Positions 33,126-44,377 of a stretch of DNA of 64,000 nt are shown here, in pieces. Source of the DNA: Cyanidioschyzon merolae (Eukaryota); NCBI GenBank assembly GCA_000091205.1, contig AP006493.2, one strand, 5' to 3'. The notes below the pieces were generated by a model. That model was not told where the DNA came from. It saw only the letters and a program-made list of their open reading frames with translations, and did no database searches. The position numbers were made by a program, and so were the translations under genes. The first letter of the stretch is position 1. Each line of letters begins with the position of its first letter.

Positions 33126-36100
33126 ACGGGATATAGTGTTGGTGGTGCTGGTGGCGGCAGCGGCAGCCGCATCCACTGCATAGGGCAAGGCGTCCCTGAT
33201 TTTATGCGAGACAGCTAAACATGCTTCCAACAAGACGCAGTCGTGTCGAATCCTGTACTTGCATGGTTGATCACCAGTTGTCCAGGGAAATCGTTCCCAG
33301 TCCATGATCATGGACACCGATCGAGTCGTACGGGATTTCCGTCCCGCAAGCTACGAAAGCGCTGGTCCGGGCGCTTATGGAATGCTTCAGTTCCGTGCCT
33401 CTGATTTTTCTTCAGCGCAAGTTTTCTGCGTTCCTGCATGACGCTCACAATACATACGAAAAGGTTTCCTGGATACATTGACCAACACAGAGACGCTGGA
33501 CGCTCTGGAGGCAAGCAGCATTGGCAGCTGTTGATCGATGCGTTCAGGTCTCACGGGCAGGATGTGCTTGCGCGCTCGGTTGCTGGTGAAAACGCACCAT
33601 AGCGGGCATCTGGACTCTGATGACTTCGCTATCCGATGTTCGATCAGTTTAGGGTTCACCATCTGGTGCAAGCGGCTCTGTTTCATGTGCGTTTTTTCTA
33701 CCAGTTTCAGCATGCACCCGTGCTCGTGACTCATGCATGGACGCCGTCTTGAACGTGTCAAATGGAATCATTGTGCATCGATTCCCTCACTAATAGTATG
33801 CTCTTATCAGAGCAACAGGGGCGCTGCCTCTGAGCGCTAGAGCATCTTCTCTCCCGAGCATCAGCTGTGTTGTCGCATGATGCTTCGATTGAAAAAGCTG
33901 CAGAGGACTATGGACAGCTAGCCGATCTGCGTCTGGGCCTCCTACGAACAGTTGCTTGACGAGGTGTGCCATGAAGAGACGCGCTCAGCGGATCATTCTC
34001 GAGTAAGACGCTGTTCATCCCCTAGTGGCGTCGTGCATCTCATTTTTTGAAAGATTCTCTGTCTTGGTGTGTTTCAGTGTGAGAAACTTGACGATAATTT
34101 AAGACTGAGCTTCCTGGTGCGACGGTTTCCCGTCCTTGCGAATCTGGTCCTCTTTCCGAGAGAATCATTCTCTTCCTTGTCCGTTTTTTTTCGCTTTCTC
34201 CAAGGTCGCCCTCGCGTTTACTTGGCGCAGTGGCATGCGTGTGGACGCTGTTCAAGGCATCCGTTTTTGCTCGTGATGCAGACGCTCTGGGCGGACGTTG
34301 GGGCTGAAGTTTGCCGTTTCTATGTATAGGTACTTGCTATTCCTCAACTAGATTTTCTTCACTGTCTCCATCACGAGTACGCCCAGGAACCGAGGAGCGC
34401 TTTCAGGCCCTCTCCCGCGCACGAGCAAAGCAACGAAACATTCGTTCAGACTGGTGAATGTGGAGAAGGGCTTCGTCGAAGAACGGTATTACGGATGCGA
34501 CCGATTCATCTGTTTATCAATGTGCCCGAACATAGCGTTGGGCAACGACGAAGCCTCCTTCGACTGAATCGAACCAGCGGGAACATGTAGGCAGGGAGTG
34601 CAGCTCTATACCAAAGTCAGCTGCACGCTTCTGGACTGCTTTCACTTGATGGACTGCCACGTTGTCCAGGGGCAAGACAAAAGGATGTGGGAAAGAACAG
34701 ACACAAAGCGACTGGGCAAAGGATGAGATGTTGAATGATCCCGTGTCCGCGTGGCGATTTTGAGGCGACTGTACGATAGAATTGGTGCAAGGGCAGATCT
34801 TTTCCGAATGTTCGCTTCGCTCTTGTTAGAGAATAGGGATTCGTCGCTCAAACACTGAATACCCATATACATATCTATCAATTCTTCCAACAAAATGAAG
34901 CCCCGTCGAATGGAATGAACTTTCGTTGATCACGATGCAAGCGTTCGCGTTGGGTACCAAATCGACCCTGAGTCGTCGATTGCGCAACGGACTCGTTCAC
35001 CAGTGTGCATGTCTTGTTTGCCAATCCCGGTATCTTCATCACCGATTGTATGAACCGTGCGGAAACTTCGCACCATGCGGCTGCTTTGGTGAAATTTTAT
35101 ACAGAAGGTAAGGAGTGAGCTATCCTGACTAGGAGATAGCTGTACGGAGATATAGTTATACAAGTTCTGTTTTCAGCGCGCGACGTTCAGCATAAGGACC
35201 ACCAGACGGGTGGTTCATCCATCTGCTGATCATCATGTCACTGAGATGCACCAGCAAGACCCTAATTACGCTAGCTTGCCGTGGCAGCATCAAGTGCTTC
35301 CGCGACCTGTCTCCAATTTACGCAATATAATCCCGTTGTCGAATGCCTTCGAGAAAAGTAGCAGCGAGCAGAAAGTCTGCACTGGTCGGCGTACTCCAGC
35401 ATGCACTGCTCTAAGTATCACGCCAAAAGCCGTCGGTCTAGAATAGTGGCTGTGTCTCGTGCAGCTCTAGCGCAGTTGGTGCATTGGACCAGGTGCACGT
35501 GCCTCCGTACGCCATATGGAGCGCTGTTCACGTCCTCACAGATACTGCAGCCAGTTTTTGAATGCATCCCCGCACCGAAGCGGTGCAAGTTCAAGCTGAT
35601 AAGCGCACATGGTACCCGCACCCTAAATGTAGGGCTGGCGGGACGCGAGGGCGCAGTTTGTGCGATCCCCGCATACGTGAATAGCGGCTGAGTAACCCGT
35701 TGTTCGCAATGAACGGAAAGATTTCTTGCCAGGTCGCATCGCTTTCTCTACCCATATGGGAATCAAATGGAACAGGTGCACTGAGCAAACTCGGACGTAC
35801 ACTTTAAGGTCGGGCCGTTCCCCAGTGTGGTCAGCACCACAACTTGTGGAGTTTTTTTCAGTGACTGCCTCCATTTCAGCTCTCTTACATCTGGCTTTAA
35901 AGACGGCAGTCTCTTCAGTCAACCTAGCTCCACGATCAGCAGTCGAGGGATGATGCTTGTAGTCTTCGAGTCCTGAGTTTTCTGCTTCCACCAGTAGTCG
36001 ACGCATTTCGTGCACTCGTGGAAGTTGCGATCTACGCTGCGCTTCCTATTTTCATCTTCGTTGTGTGTTCAGCCTCGGTGCGCCCTTCGCAGCGCTGACG

Positions 36101-36220
36101 CTCGGCATGGGTCAGGCCTGCGCATCTATCCTCAGCGCCGCCTCCTCCTTACAGGAATGCATTGTGGTGCTTGAAGGCTTGCTTCATCGCTCGGTACACG
36201 CACGAGACTGATGCGGAAGG

Positions 36221-36250
36221 CTCAACTCAACTCAGCTCAACTCAACTCAA
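36221..36250. repeat. (CTCAA)6 pentanucleotide microsatellite.
   Basis: Direct read: ctcaactcaactcagctcaactcaactcaa. Confidence 0.85.
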
Positions 36251-37383
36251 TGCCCTCTTTCGTTTCCTGGCTTCATGCCGTGCCCTAGGATTTCGGGCTT
36301 GGTCTGGGCGATCGCATCGGCGAGCTCTGCTACTCGGCTGCACGCGCGAGCGCACATTGTTCTATTCAATACAGGTTTTATGGAACGCGATTCCATTTAG
36401 AATGACACAAGTACCGGGCGGTGAATCGAGACTTGTGCAGATACCAAGAACTTTGGATCCATCTACGTTTTTCTTGCTGGGCAGCATGACACGCGCTTCC
36501 CTGGGACCGATCGTTGCGATGACTCTAATCCTGGTCCGAGATCTTTCTACCTGCAATCATAGGAGACGCGTGCCCCTGGGAGCATATCCCGTGAGGGTTA
36601 GCAGGCAGCAGCAGAATTCCGCTTCTTCGACTGCCACGAAGAGATCAGGAATTGTCTTCTGGACGGAAATGATTATTTGAAGTGACACTTTGAGTCAAGT
36701 TCCAGCATGAGTTTGTGAACGAGTCGTCGAGGCATGACGAAGCGTACTTTTCGTCGTCGATTCACTGGTGAGCACTGTTACGCCAAAGAGTGGCCTTTAA
36801 ACATAAAGGTGGAAAAATTTAAGAATGCGTGGAATGAGCATGCTACCCATAATGAAAGAAGAAGAATCCTGACTTGTACCTATGCATCGGATTGTGATAT
36901 CGAACATGATACGAAGCTTTACTCGAGGGCGTCCCAAGTCAACGTAATGACGATGAAAGAGTGCATTCCACCGGCAATGCATCCAAGAAGCCGCCTCAAA
37001 AACACCGTGATTCATGAGACCCCAGATGAATCCTCAAATCCTCATCGCGCCACTTCGAGAGCTGAACCTGTCCATCTAAAAAGGTCGACAAAATATCCAA
37101 AGGCAGGAACGGGGCAAGCATTCCAGCATTCCATTCTAATCTGAAGCGGTTGCAGGACTGGCTGCTGACGCCTTCTATGACCAACGTCTGCAGGACAGCT
37201 CCCTCGACCGATAGAATGCCACCGTGCTTGTGTTTGTTCGACAAGTGGCGAGACGCACACATTCACCAACATACAAACACGCACGCACCAAAGCGTTCCA
37301 CCAGTGCCTTCTGGACAGCAGAGCGAGGGTACGCATTCTGGAAAATCGAACGCTCCTCCTCCGCTCGCTGGCCACTGTGCATC

Positions 37384-40300
37384 TCACTGCACTGCTACTG
37401 TACCGCAGCGTTCCGATGCTAGCACTGAGAACATTCCTGTCCCCTGCGAGACGACTTGGCCGAGACAGAGCCGTGCCGACGCCGACTCGAGTTGGTCCTC
37501 CTCTCGTGCCAGGGCAGCATCCCGAAGAAACTGACTGGCGCTCTCAAAGGACATTCGTTGAAGCGCGCTCGGAACACTGTCCAGCATCCGCATACCGGTG
37601 CGCGAAAACGGACGACAGGCACCCAGAGCAGTTTGATAGTCCGCGATGAGCGAGAGATGTCGATAATCCACCGCGATGCCGTAGGCGGCAAAGACGGTTT
37701 GAAGCTCTCGTACAAGACGAGCACGAGCAGCCTCTATGCCGTATACGCTCAAGACCTCGGAGATGTGATTCGAAAACAGACCGTCCAGGTCGAGTTCATC
37801 ATCAGAAAGTGTCCACGCCAACCGGATATTCGATCCCTCTGTGCGCAGCGCTATGCCGCCATCCTCTCGGGTCGTCAGTGTAGTGTTCCGTATGTTCTCA
37901 ACCGCACGGACGGGCACCCGCTCCGCCGCCGCAAGCGCAAGCTCATCCAAAAAGAGCGTATACCAAGCAGCGGAAGGCAACCAAAGGCTCATCTCGACCC
38001 GATTTGGAGACGGAAAGCGCACCACTACCGCATCGTTGTCTTCGGGAGCATCCGGCACCTGAGGCAAACATGGCGTATCACCTGGTGCGACCGTCGTCTT
38101 TGATCGGATTTCGTCGTTATGGTCCCGCGACGCTATCTTTTCCAAGCCTTCGGATTCAGAATCCACAGACAGTTCTGAGGACTCGTCCTGATCGGTGCTG
38201 CGGCGCGCTACAAGCTCGTTATCAGCAGGTACGGAATCCGCGGATGACTCTGAACTGGTATCCGACAAACCAGCATCCAACATTTCCGTTTCCACTGGAG
38301 CTTCGGGCTCACCAGAGTCCTGGTCTTTCTCGTTCAAAGTGACGGATGAAGACGACCAAGTCTGCTGGCTATCAAGCTCTCGCAAGCGTCGGGCAATCAG
38401 CGCCTTCAGCACTGGACCATACGTCTTCTTCGTGGCGGCCTGGACATTGTTCGGAGAGATACCCAGCACCTGCGTCCATAGCTCAGGCTCAGCGAGCACC
38501 ATGATCAGGGTCAGATGAACTCGCTCATTCCGCTTTGCTCCCTGCAAACGCAGCTGCAAACGAAGGATTAGATCGCGCAAACGCACAGAGCGCAGAGCAT
38601 AGCAGGTAGCGACAGCGCGCTCCCTCGAGACGCCCTCTTTGAATGGAATCTGCATAAACGGCGTCGCTGGAGCCGAACCCGGGAACATGAGAAGCTCACG
38701 CAGTCGTGGCACACCGGCGGTAACGTGTTCAACACCGATCCCGGCGAAATGAAAGGTATTCAGGGTCATTTGGGTACTGGGCTCACCGATCGACTGGGCA
38801 GCAATCACGCCTACCGCGTCGCCGGGTGCGGCAGTCGATCGCGTGTACCACTCGAGCAATGCGGAACGGTGTGCCTCATCCAGGGTCTCGTACATCTCGA
38901 GAAGCGCCGGCGGGAGCTTTGGACTAGATGCGGAATGGGTGGCGCAAACCTCAGCGGCGGAAACGGCATTCGACTTTCTCGTGGCATTCGACGGCGACTG
39001 CGAGGCAAACTTGCCAGCACTGCGCGTCCCATCGGCAAGTAAAATGGCCATGAACTCCGCTCTGTGTTGGAGCCAGAGTGCTTGACACGGATCAAGACCG
39101 TCTTCGCCGTAGCAAAACTGGATGATGGATCCATCAGACTCTCGAACAGTTCCATCGTAGGCGATTGTGACCCCCTCGAGCGCCTTCACGAGACATCGCT
39201 GCAGATACCCGGAGCGCGCCGTCTTCACGGCGGTATCGGTGAGGCCTTCCCGCCCCGCCATGCAGTGAAAGAAATACTCCGGCGGTGACAAGCCCGTCAG
39301 GAATCTCGAAGCGATAAATCCACCAGCAAGTGCGGTGCTTTCATACGGCCGGAAACAAGGCAACGTCCAGCCAGCAACAGACCGTGGAACACGCCGCCCA
39401 TCGAGTACGGTGCTACCGAGCAGGCACGATATCTGCGCCGCATTGACCTGGGAGCCTTTTGCTCCACTGGCTGTCATCAAAGCAAAACCGTTATTCGGAA
39501 AAGGTTTGCGCAAACCGGCCGGTATGCAATGCTCGGAAACATTAGATGCGATGGATGCGAGTTCCTTTTTCATTTCCATATCGAGGAGCAGTTCGAGCTC
39601 CCGGCCGCGTTCCGTGCGAAGCGCCTCTGCGAGTGCGTGTTCCAGGTCGACCGTGCCGTCTGCCGGGAGACCAAGCACTCGTCTGAGGACGCGGCTTCCA
39701 ACGGTTATCTGTGTATCTTTGAGCATCTCCCAACGAATTCGCTCTGTTGACGGCAGCAGGAGCAAATCTTCCACGCCTGTGCTATGTCCGTGGCGGCGGA
39801 GGAATATCGTTAAGAGGCGGCCAAGGCACGAAAGCAGGTCACAGGCCGCCTCCGGGCCATAGAGGGCATGCACACAATGGACAAGTCCAAAGGGAGCAGC
39901 CCCAATCTGTGCTTTGTCTACGACTCCTTGCAACAGTTCACCATCTCGAATGATAACGATACTTTCCTCGGATGCGCTTTGGCCCCAAAAAGCGGAACTC
40001 ACCTTGGCCCGGCTCTGCATTCTAAGCTTTCTATGGCGGTTTTCAGGATCCGCCAAATGTGCAACGATCCCCAAAACAGTGCTTAGCACCTGCTTCCCTG
40101 TCCAGTACTGTTGCGGGTACAGGATCGCCGGCGGAACGTCCGCGCAAACAGTGAACGGCCCGAGGGCTGACCCTGGCGCCGTTCCCTCGGTTCCGCGCTT
40201 TCTCTCCCAGAGTCGAGCAGTAGCCGCATAGATCAGCTCGGAATATTCCTCCCATGAAAAAAAACGGTCCCGCTGTGTGAGCAGCACCGCTGCCAGCACA

Positions 40301-42243
40301 TGATCCTGAATGAGGCCGCGCACTGGAGCTCCTGCAGTTGGCGATAAATAGTGGAAATCGATCCGCAAGAGGTATTCTGCTTCAGCAGCAGCAATCCAAT
40401 CCTGCGGCACATGCATATTCATTTCATCACCATCAAAGTCTGCATTGTAGGCACCACAGTTCGCATAGTGCAGTCGGAGAGTATTCTCCGTCGGGCCCAG
40501 GACGCGGACGCGATGAGCCATGAGGCCAACGCGATGCAGCGTTGGTTGGCGGTTGAACAACACTCGATCACCGTTCTGAAGATGCCGGAAAACGCGTGTA
40601 GGAACAACGCAACCATCAGGGAGTTCTTCAGCTTCGAAAAGTGTCTCCGCGAGCACCCCAGATCGCTTGCTATCACCTGCAGGAATTTGGATTCGGGTGC
40701 CGTCTCCCCGTTCGATGATATTTGCCCCTGGGTACCTCTGGGGTCCGCGATACACATTCTGCTGAAGTCGGGTCAGGTTCCAGGAAGCGACTAGTTCCGG
40801 AAACGAAAGTTTCATTGCAAACTGGAGTGGTACTCCAACTTCATTCACGTCCAGAAAGGGATCGGGAGAAATTACCGATCGCGCAGCGTAGTTCACTCGT
40901 TTCCCCATAAGATGCATCCTGAAAATCCCCTCCTTGTGCTCCAGCTGTTGCCGTATGCCCGGAGCACGTCGCATCGAAGCGGTTGGCTCTGAGTCCACCA
41001 GCTCCTGAACTGCTTGTTGGAGCTCAGCAACCGCCTTGCCGAGGGCCAGGGGATTTCTCGCCTTCCGCGCATCCGCTACCGACTCATTTGCCTTAAGCAC
41101 ATATGTGTAATGGAAATTTTGGGCATGCTCGCGGGGTATGCTGTTGACATCATCATCTCGAGTAGAAGGAAGACGAAATCTAGACGGTGGAACCAGAAGC
41201 ACCCGCAGCAAGAATGTGTCGAGGAGGTGGTGGCCAAACAAGTACCCACAAAGTTCAGGAGAATTCTGTTCTACTGCTAAGAGAATACGCACCACCATAC
41301 TCGGCAGTAGAAGCTGTTCCTTTCCAGCAACCAAACAGAGTGCCTCAAGCAGCTGCGTCTGACACTGTGCTTCTGTGTCAGGGCTGGCCTGAGCAGTTGC
41401 CAGCGTCGTCGCAGCAGCCTTTGATCGTTTCCGCGTCGGAGGCAGACGTGCAAAAATGCGACACCCGTCGGTGCGAATATGCACCGCTTTGCATCCACAG
41501 CGTGTGCAAGCTGCATTCGAGCTCGTGCAGTCACCGATGAAGCGCTGCATGAGTTGGACGCGACGACTGCTTCGCTGTACAGTGGTTAGCTTCTCCGTAG
41601 CAGCATCAAAGCGGTCAGTGTGAACACCAGAGTGACCTCCGCGGGCTGATTCGAGCCTGGGCTTTTTTGTGGAACTGCGGCTACCATCGCTGCTCTCGCT
41701 GGAGACATCGGAGGTCTGATCCAGGAAACCTGCCAAGTCCGGACTAGTGCTCTGCTTATCCAGTTGCAGGAGATCGGCGAGCGATTCGAAGTTTTGCCAG
41801 GTGCCTCGTTCCAGGTGTCGCAGACACTCAAGCCAAAGCTTCTCCCGAATCCGTGGCAAACGAAAGTTCGCACAGCCAAGACATACGCCGCGAAGAAGTC
41901 GCACAAGCAAGGAAAAAAGAAGCGGGTTCACGACGGGCTCGGCCAACTCGATATGACCGCAGTGACCAGGGCAGCTGAAAAACCCCAGACGGCACGTCGC
42001 GCAGATGCCAAACTTGTCATAAACGCCTAAGCGTGGATCGTAGAGGCCGCCGCGTACAGGCCGTCCAAGGTCGTCAAAGGCAACCGCAGACTGGATCTGC
42101 TGCACAGAGAGTTGCAGCACCTCCTCCGCCGTATAGAAACCAAAACCTACTCCACCTATTCGGTAGTGCACATCTCCACTCTTTAACGATACGACGCGCT
42201 CGTCCATTTGTGTCTTATCAGCGTCTGGCTTGGTCAGTGCCAA
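37384..42243 (-). CDS. RPA1: DNA-directed RNA polymerase I largest subunit (RPA1/A190).
   Basis: 1619-aa single ORF. Motifs: N-terminal zinc clamp GGLYDPRLG...CATC...CPGHCGHIEL, GKRVNYAARSVISPDPFLDVNEVGVP (Pol I-type; Pol II and III have GKRVDF(S/A)(A/G)RTVIS), catalytic NADFDGDEMNMH, and the trigger loop/funnel regions. No heptad CTD. Length fits A190 rather than Pol III C160 (~1400 aa). Confidence 0.93.
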   Translation of the reverse strand: MALTKPDADKTQMDERVVSLKSGDVHYRIGGVGFGFYTAEEVLQLSVQQIQSAVAFDDLGRPVRGGLYDPRLGVYDKFGICATCRLGFFSCPGHCGHIELAEPVVNPLLFSLLVRLLRGVCLGCANFRLPRIREKLWLECLRHLERGTWQNFESLADLLQLDKQSTSPDLAGFLDQTSDVSSESSDGSRSSTKKPRLESARGGHSGVHTDRFDAATEKLTTVQRSSRRVQLMQRFIGDCTSSNAACTRCGCKAVHIRTDGCRIFARLPPTRKRSKAAATTLATAQASPDTEAQCQTQLLEALCLVAGKEQLLLPSMVVRILLAVEQNSPELCGYLFGHHLLDTFLLRVLLVPPSRFRLPSTRDDDVNSIPREHAQNFHYTYVLKANESVADARKARNPLALGKAVAELQQAVQELVDSEPTASMRRAPGIRQQLEHKEGIFRMHLMGKRVNYAARSVISPDPFLDVNEVGVPLQFAMKLSFPELVASWNLTRLQQNVYRGPQRYPGANIIERGDGTRIQIPAGDSKRSGVLAETLFEAEELPDGCVVPTRVFRHLQNGDRVLFNRQPTLHRVGLMAHRVRVLGPTENTLRLHYANCGAYNADFDGDEMNMHVPQDWIAAAEAEYLLRIDFHYLSPTAGAPVRGLIQDHVLAAVLLTQRDRFFSWEEYSELIYAATARLWERKRGTEGTAPGSALGPFTVCADVPPAILYPQQYWTGKQVLSTVLGIVAHLADPENRHRKLRMQSRAKVSSAFWGQSASEESIVIIRDGELLQGVVDKAQIGAAPFGLVHCVHALYGPEAACDLLSCLGRLLTIFLRRHGHSTGVEDLLLLPSTERIRWEMLKDTQITVGSRVLRRVLGLPADGTVDLEHALAEALRTERGRELELLLDMEMKKELASIASNVSEHCIPAGLRKPFPNNGFALMTASGAKGSQVNAAQISCLLGSTVLDGRRVPRSVAGWTLPCFRPYESTALAGGFIASRFLTGLSPPEYFFHCMAGREGLTDTAVKTARSGYLQRCLVKALEGVTIAYDGTVRESDGSIIQFCYGEDGLDPCQALWLQHRAEFMAILLADGTRSAGKFASQSPSNATRKSNAVSAAEVCATHSASSPKLPPALLEMYETLDEAHRSALLEWYTRSTAAPGDAVGVIAAQSIGEPSTQMTLNTFHFAGIGVEHVTAGVPRLRELLMFPGSAPATPFMQIPFKEGVSRERAVATCYALRSVRLRDLILRLQLRLQGAKRNERVHLTLIMVLAEPELWTQVLGISPNNVQAATKKTYGPVLKALIARRLRELDSQQTWSSSSVTLNEKDQDSGEPEAPVETEMLDAGLSDTSSESSADSVPADNELVARRSTDQDESSELSVDSESEGLEKIASRDHNDEIRSKTTVAPGDTPCLPQVPDAPEDNDAVVVRFPSPNRVEMSLWLPSAAWYTLFLDELALAAAERVPVRAVENIRNTTLTTREDGGIALRTEGSNIRLAWTLSDDELDLDGLFSNHISEVLSVYGIEAARARLVRELQTVFAAYGIAVDYRHLSLIADYQTALGACRPFSRTGMRMLDSVPSALQRMSFESASQFLRDAALAREEDQLESASARLCLGQVVSQGTGMFSVLASERCGTVAVQ

Positions 42244-42559
42244 GCGACTCCGGTCAGTGCGCTGCGAATAGTTGCGCGAGCACTTCGCCCCGGAGCGAGT
42301 GTGCGTTACACAGCCACCAGTGCAGCGCTTGTTGTTCGGGAAATTGTATCGGCCTTGTATGACGCTCTGCGTACGTACTTCTTGCGAAAGAGTGACAGAA
42401 TCAGGGCTGGTGTTCTTATTGAACCGTCAGAAGCAGCGATAACGGAGAGCGTCGACCTCGATCTCGCGCAAGGCGGGCTCCAGTAGCGTGTAGGTGCCTC
42501 GTGGTGCGTTTGGCGTGTGCTGGCTACGCGTTTAACCTGCAGGCGAGCTTCAGTGCCTC
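42244..42559. promoter_or_regulatory. 316-bp divergent (head-to-head) intergenic region shared by the Pol I largest-subunit gene and the MiaB-like gene. Presumed bidirectional promoter.
   Basis: Both start codons face outward from this interval. Promoter function is inferred from gene arrangement only. Confidence 0.4.
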
Positions 42560-44377
42560 ATGCAGCGCTTTGTGCAGTCACAACATGTTTTTGGTATATG
42601 GAAACCAGGCCTTTGGTGTTGCCTCCGGGAGCATGCTCGCTGGTTTGCAGCAGCAGCAGGGCCTCCCAGCCAGAAGCGGAAGCTGCTTGCGGACGGACCC
42701 ACGCTTGCGGACTTTTTGGTGAGTACCTCCGGAGATCACACCGGGTCATCAGTGCTCTCGAAGAGTGGCACTCCGACAAGGTTGCTCGAAAGGCAGATAG
42801 ATTCCCGTCGGAAGCGACCTACCGTAGGGGCATCAGCGAGTGTCGTTGAGGCGTTGCGTGCTTTGGATGCAGATCTCGCAGAGACCCCGCCCGCCCCGTA
42901 CAAGGTTTTCATCGAGACTTACGGTTGTGCGATGAATACATCTGATTCAGAGATTGTAGCGTCTATTTTGGCTGCACGTCCGGACTGGTTTCAGCTACTC
43001 AATGGTCCTTCGGCTTCTCCGGACGAGGCGGATGTCGTGTTGATCAACTCGTGCGCGATTCGAGACAAACCCGAGGTCCGTGTGCTTCAAAGACTTTCAA
43101 TGCTTCGAGCGGCAGAGCGCGGTCGAGGCCAGCGTGCGCCGCGACGCATTCTTGGCCTTCTTGGTTGCATGGCGGAGCGTCTCAAGACACGGTTGCTGGA
43201 TGAGATGCCTTCGAAACGCCTAGTTGACCTAGTCGTCGGACCCGACAGCTACCGCGACCTCCCTCTGCTGCTGCAGGGCCTCGTGCGTACGACGGATCTG
43301 CAGCGCTTTGCCTATCATGTACAGCTTTCACTTGAGGAGACGTATGCAGATATAGCGCCTCTACGGGACCATGGACTGATCACAGCATACGTGAGTATCA
43401 TGCGTGGGTGTAATAACCACTGCGCATTCTGTGTTGTGCCGCAGACGCGTGGCCCGGAGCGCTCGCGAGAGCCTGCGAGCATCTGGAACGAGATCGAAAG
43501 TCTGGGTAACGAAGGCTTCAAAGAAGTTGTTCTCTTGGGGCAAAACGTGAATAGCTATTGCTACCAGAGCGACCATCCGTATCCAAAGGTCACCAAATTT
43601 GCGGATCTCCTGGAAGGTGTTTGTGAGATTGCTGAGCGCCACTCGATGCGTGTACGTTACACTTCGCCACATCCGAAGGATTTTCCTCACGAGGTGCTGA
43701 GACTCTATACAAGATACGCACCTGGAACTCTTTGCCGTCAGATCCATGTTCCCATGCAGTCCGGAAGCTCCGAAGTGCTGCGCCGAATGCGTCGCGGCTA
43801 TACACGCGAGGAGTATCTTGCACTCGTGGCGCGCATTCGAGATACAGTCGGTGCAGATGTTGCGCTCTCTACTGATATTATCAGCGGATTCTGTGGGGAG
43901 ACTGAAGCAGAGCACGCGGAGACGATTTCGCTTATGGAGCAAGTGCGCTTCGATCAGGCATTCATGTTCGCATACAGTGAACGCGAGCGCACGATTGCGG
44001 CTCGCCTGTACGCCGATGACATTCCAAAGGAGGTGAAACTCCGTCGACTTGGCGAAATCATTTCGACGCAACTCAAGATCAGTGCAGAACGGGCACGAGC
44101 GATGGTCGGCACCGAACAGCGCGTGCTGGTTGAAGAGGTCGTTCACGCGAACGAGCGGCAACGACTAGACTCGGAGATTAGCGGGAAGCAAGCCACTCCT
44201 GCCTGGATCGCCCGGACCGAGAGCAATCGCCGTGTTTGGATACCATTCTCGGAAAAGCACACTGTCGAAGGACCCGGCCCAATGCACAAGCATCGACAAC
44301 CCTGCATTGGCGATTATGTTGAGGTATCCATCACCGGGGTGAGCGGCAATCGACTCATTGGTGAGATTGTAAACTGA
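42560..44377 (+). CDS. Radical-SAM tRNA methylthiotransferase, MiaB/CDK5RAP1 family (ms2i6A37 synthase), with an ~115-aa N-terminal presequence-like extension.
   Basis: 605-aa ORF. MTTase N domain (YKVFIETYGCAMNTSDSE, VLINSCAIRD), radical-SAM core (MRGCNNHCAFCVVP, CxxxCxxC), and C-terminal TRAM domain (QRVLVEEV...CIGDYVEVSITGVSGNRLIGEIVN). Confidence 0.92.
   Translation: MQRFVQSQHVFGIWKPGLWCCLREHARWFAAAAGPPSQKRKLLADGPTLADFLVSTSGDHTGSSVLSKSGTPTRLLERQIDSRRKRPTVGASASVVEALRALDADLAETPPAPYKVFIETYGCAMNTSDSEIVASILAARPDWFQLLNGPSASPDEADVVLINSCAIRDKPEVRVLQRLSMLRAAERGRGQRAPRRILGLLGCMAERLKTRLLDEMPSKRLVDLVVGPDSYRDLPLLLQGLVRTTDLQRFAYHVQLSLEETYADIAPLRDHGLITAYVSIMRGCNNHCAFCVVPQTRGPERSREPASIWNEIESLGNEGFKEVVLLGQNVNSYCYQSDHPYPKVTKFADLLEGVCEIAERHSMRVRYTSPHPKDFPHEVLRLYTRYAPGTLCRQIHVPMQSGSSEVLRRMRRGYTREEYLALVARIRDTVGADVALSTDIISGFCGETEAEHAETISLMEQVRFDQAFMFAYSERERTIAARLYADDIPKEVKLRRLGEIISTQLKISAERARAMVGTEQRVLVEEVVHANERQRLDSEISGKQATPAWIARTESNRRVWIPFSEKHTVEGPGPMHKHRQPCIGDYVEVSITGVSGNRLIGEIVN

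Noticed and set aside
34215-34260. ttggcgcagtggcatgcg, resembling the tRNA A-box / U4 snRNA 5' stem.
   Set aside because: A cloverleaf cannot be completed: no complementary anticodon stem or T-arm, and the match to U4 is only 9 nt.
36734-37144. 136-aa ORF in the AT-rich stretch just 3' of the Pol I gene.
   Set aside because: It lies where the RPA1 3' UTR is expected. No motif. The lower GC here probably reflects UTR/terminator sequence rather than a gene.
37456-41540. Numerous 60-215-aa ORFs inside and antisense to the Pol I gene (e.g. 37456..38103, 39335..39862, 40351..40794).
   Set aside because: All lie within the 4.9-kb RPA1 coding sequence in other frames or on the other strand. No motifs. 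Expected in GC-rich coding DNA.
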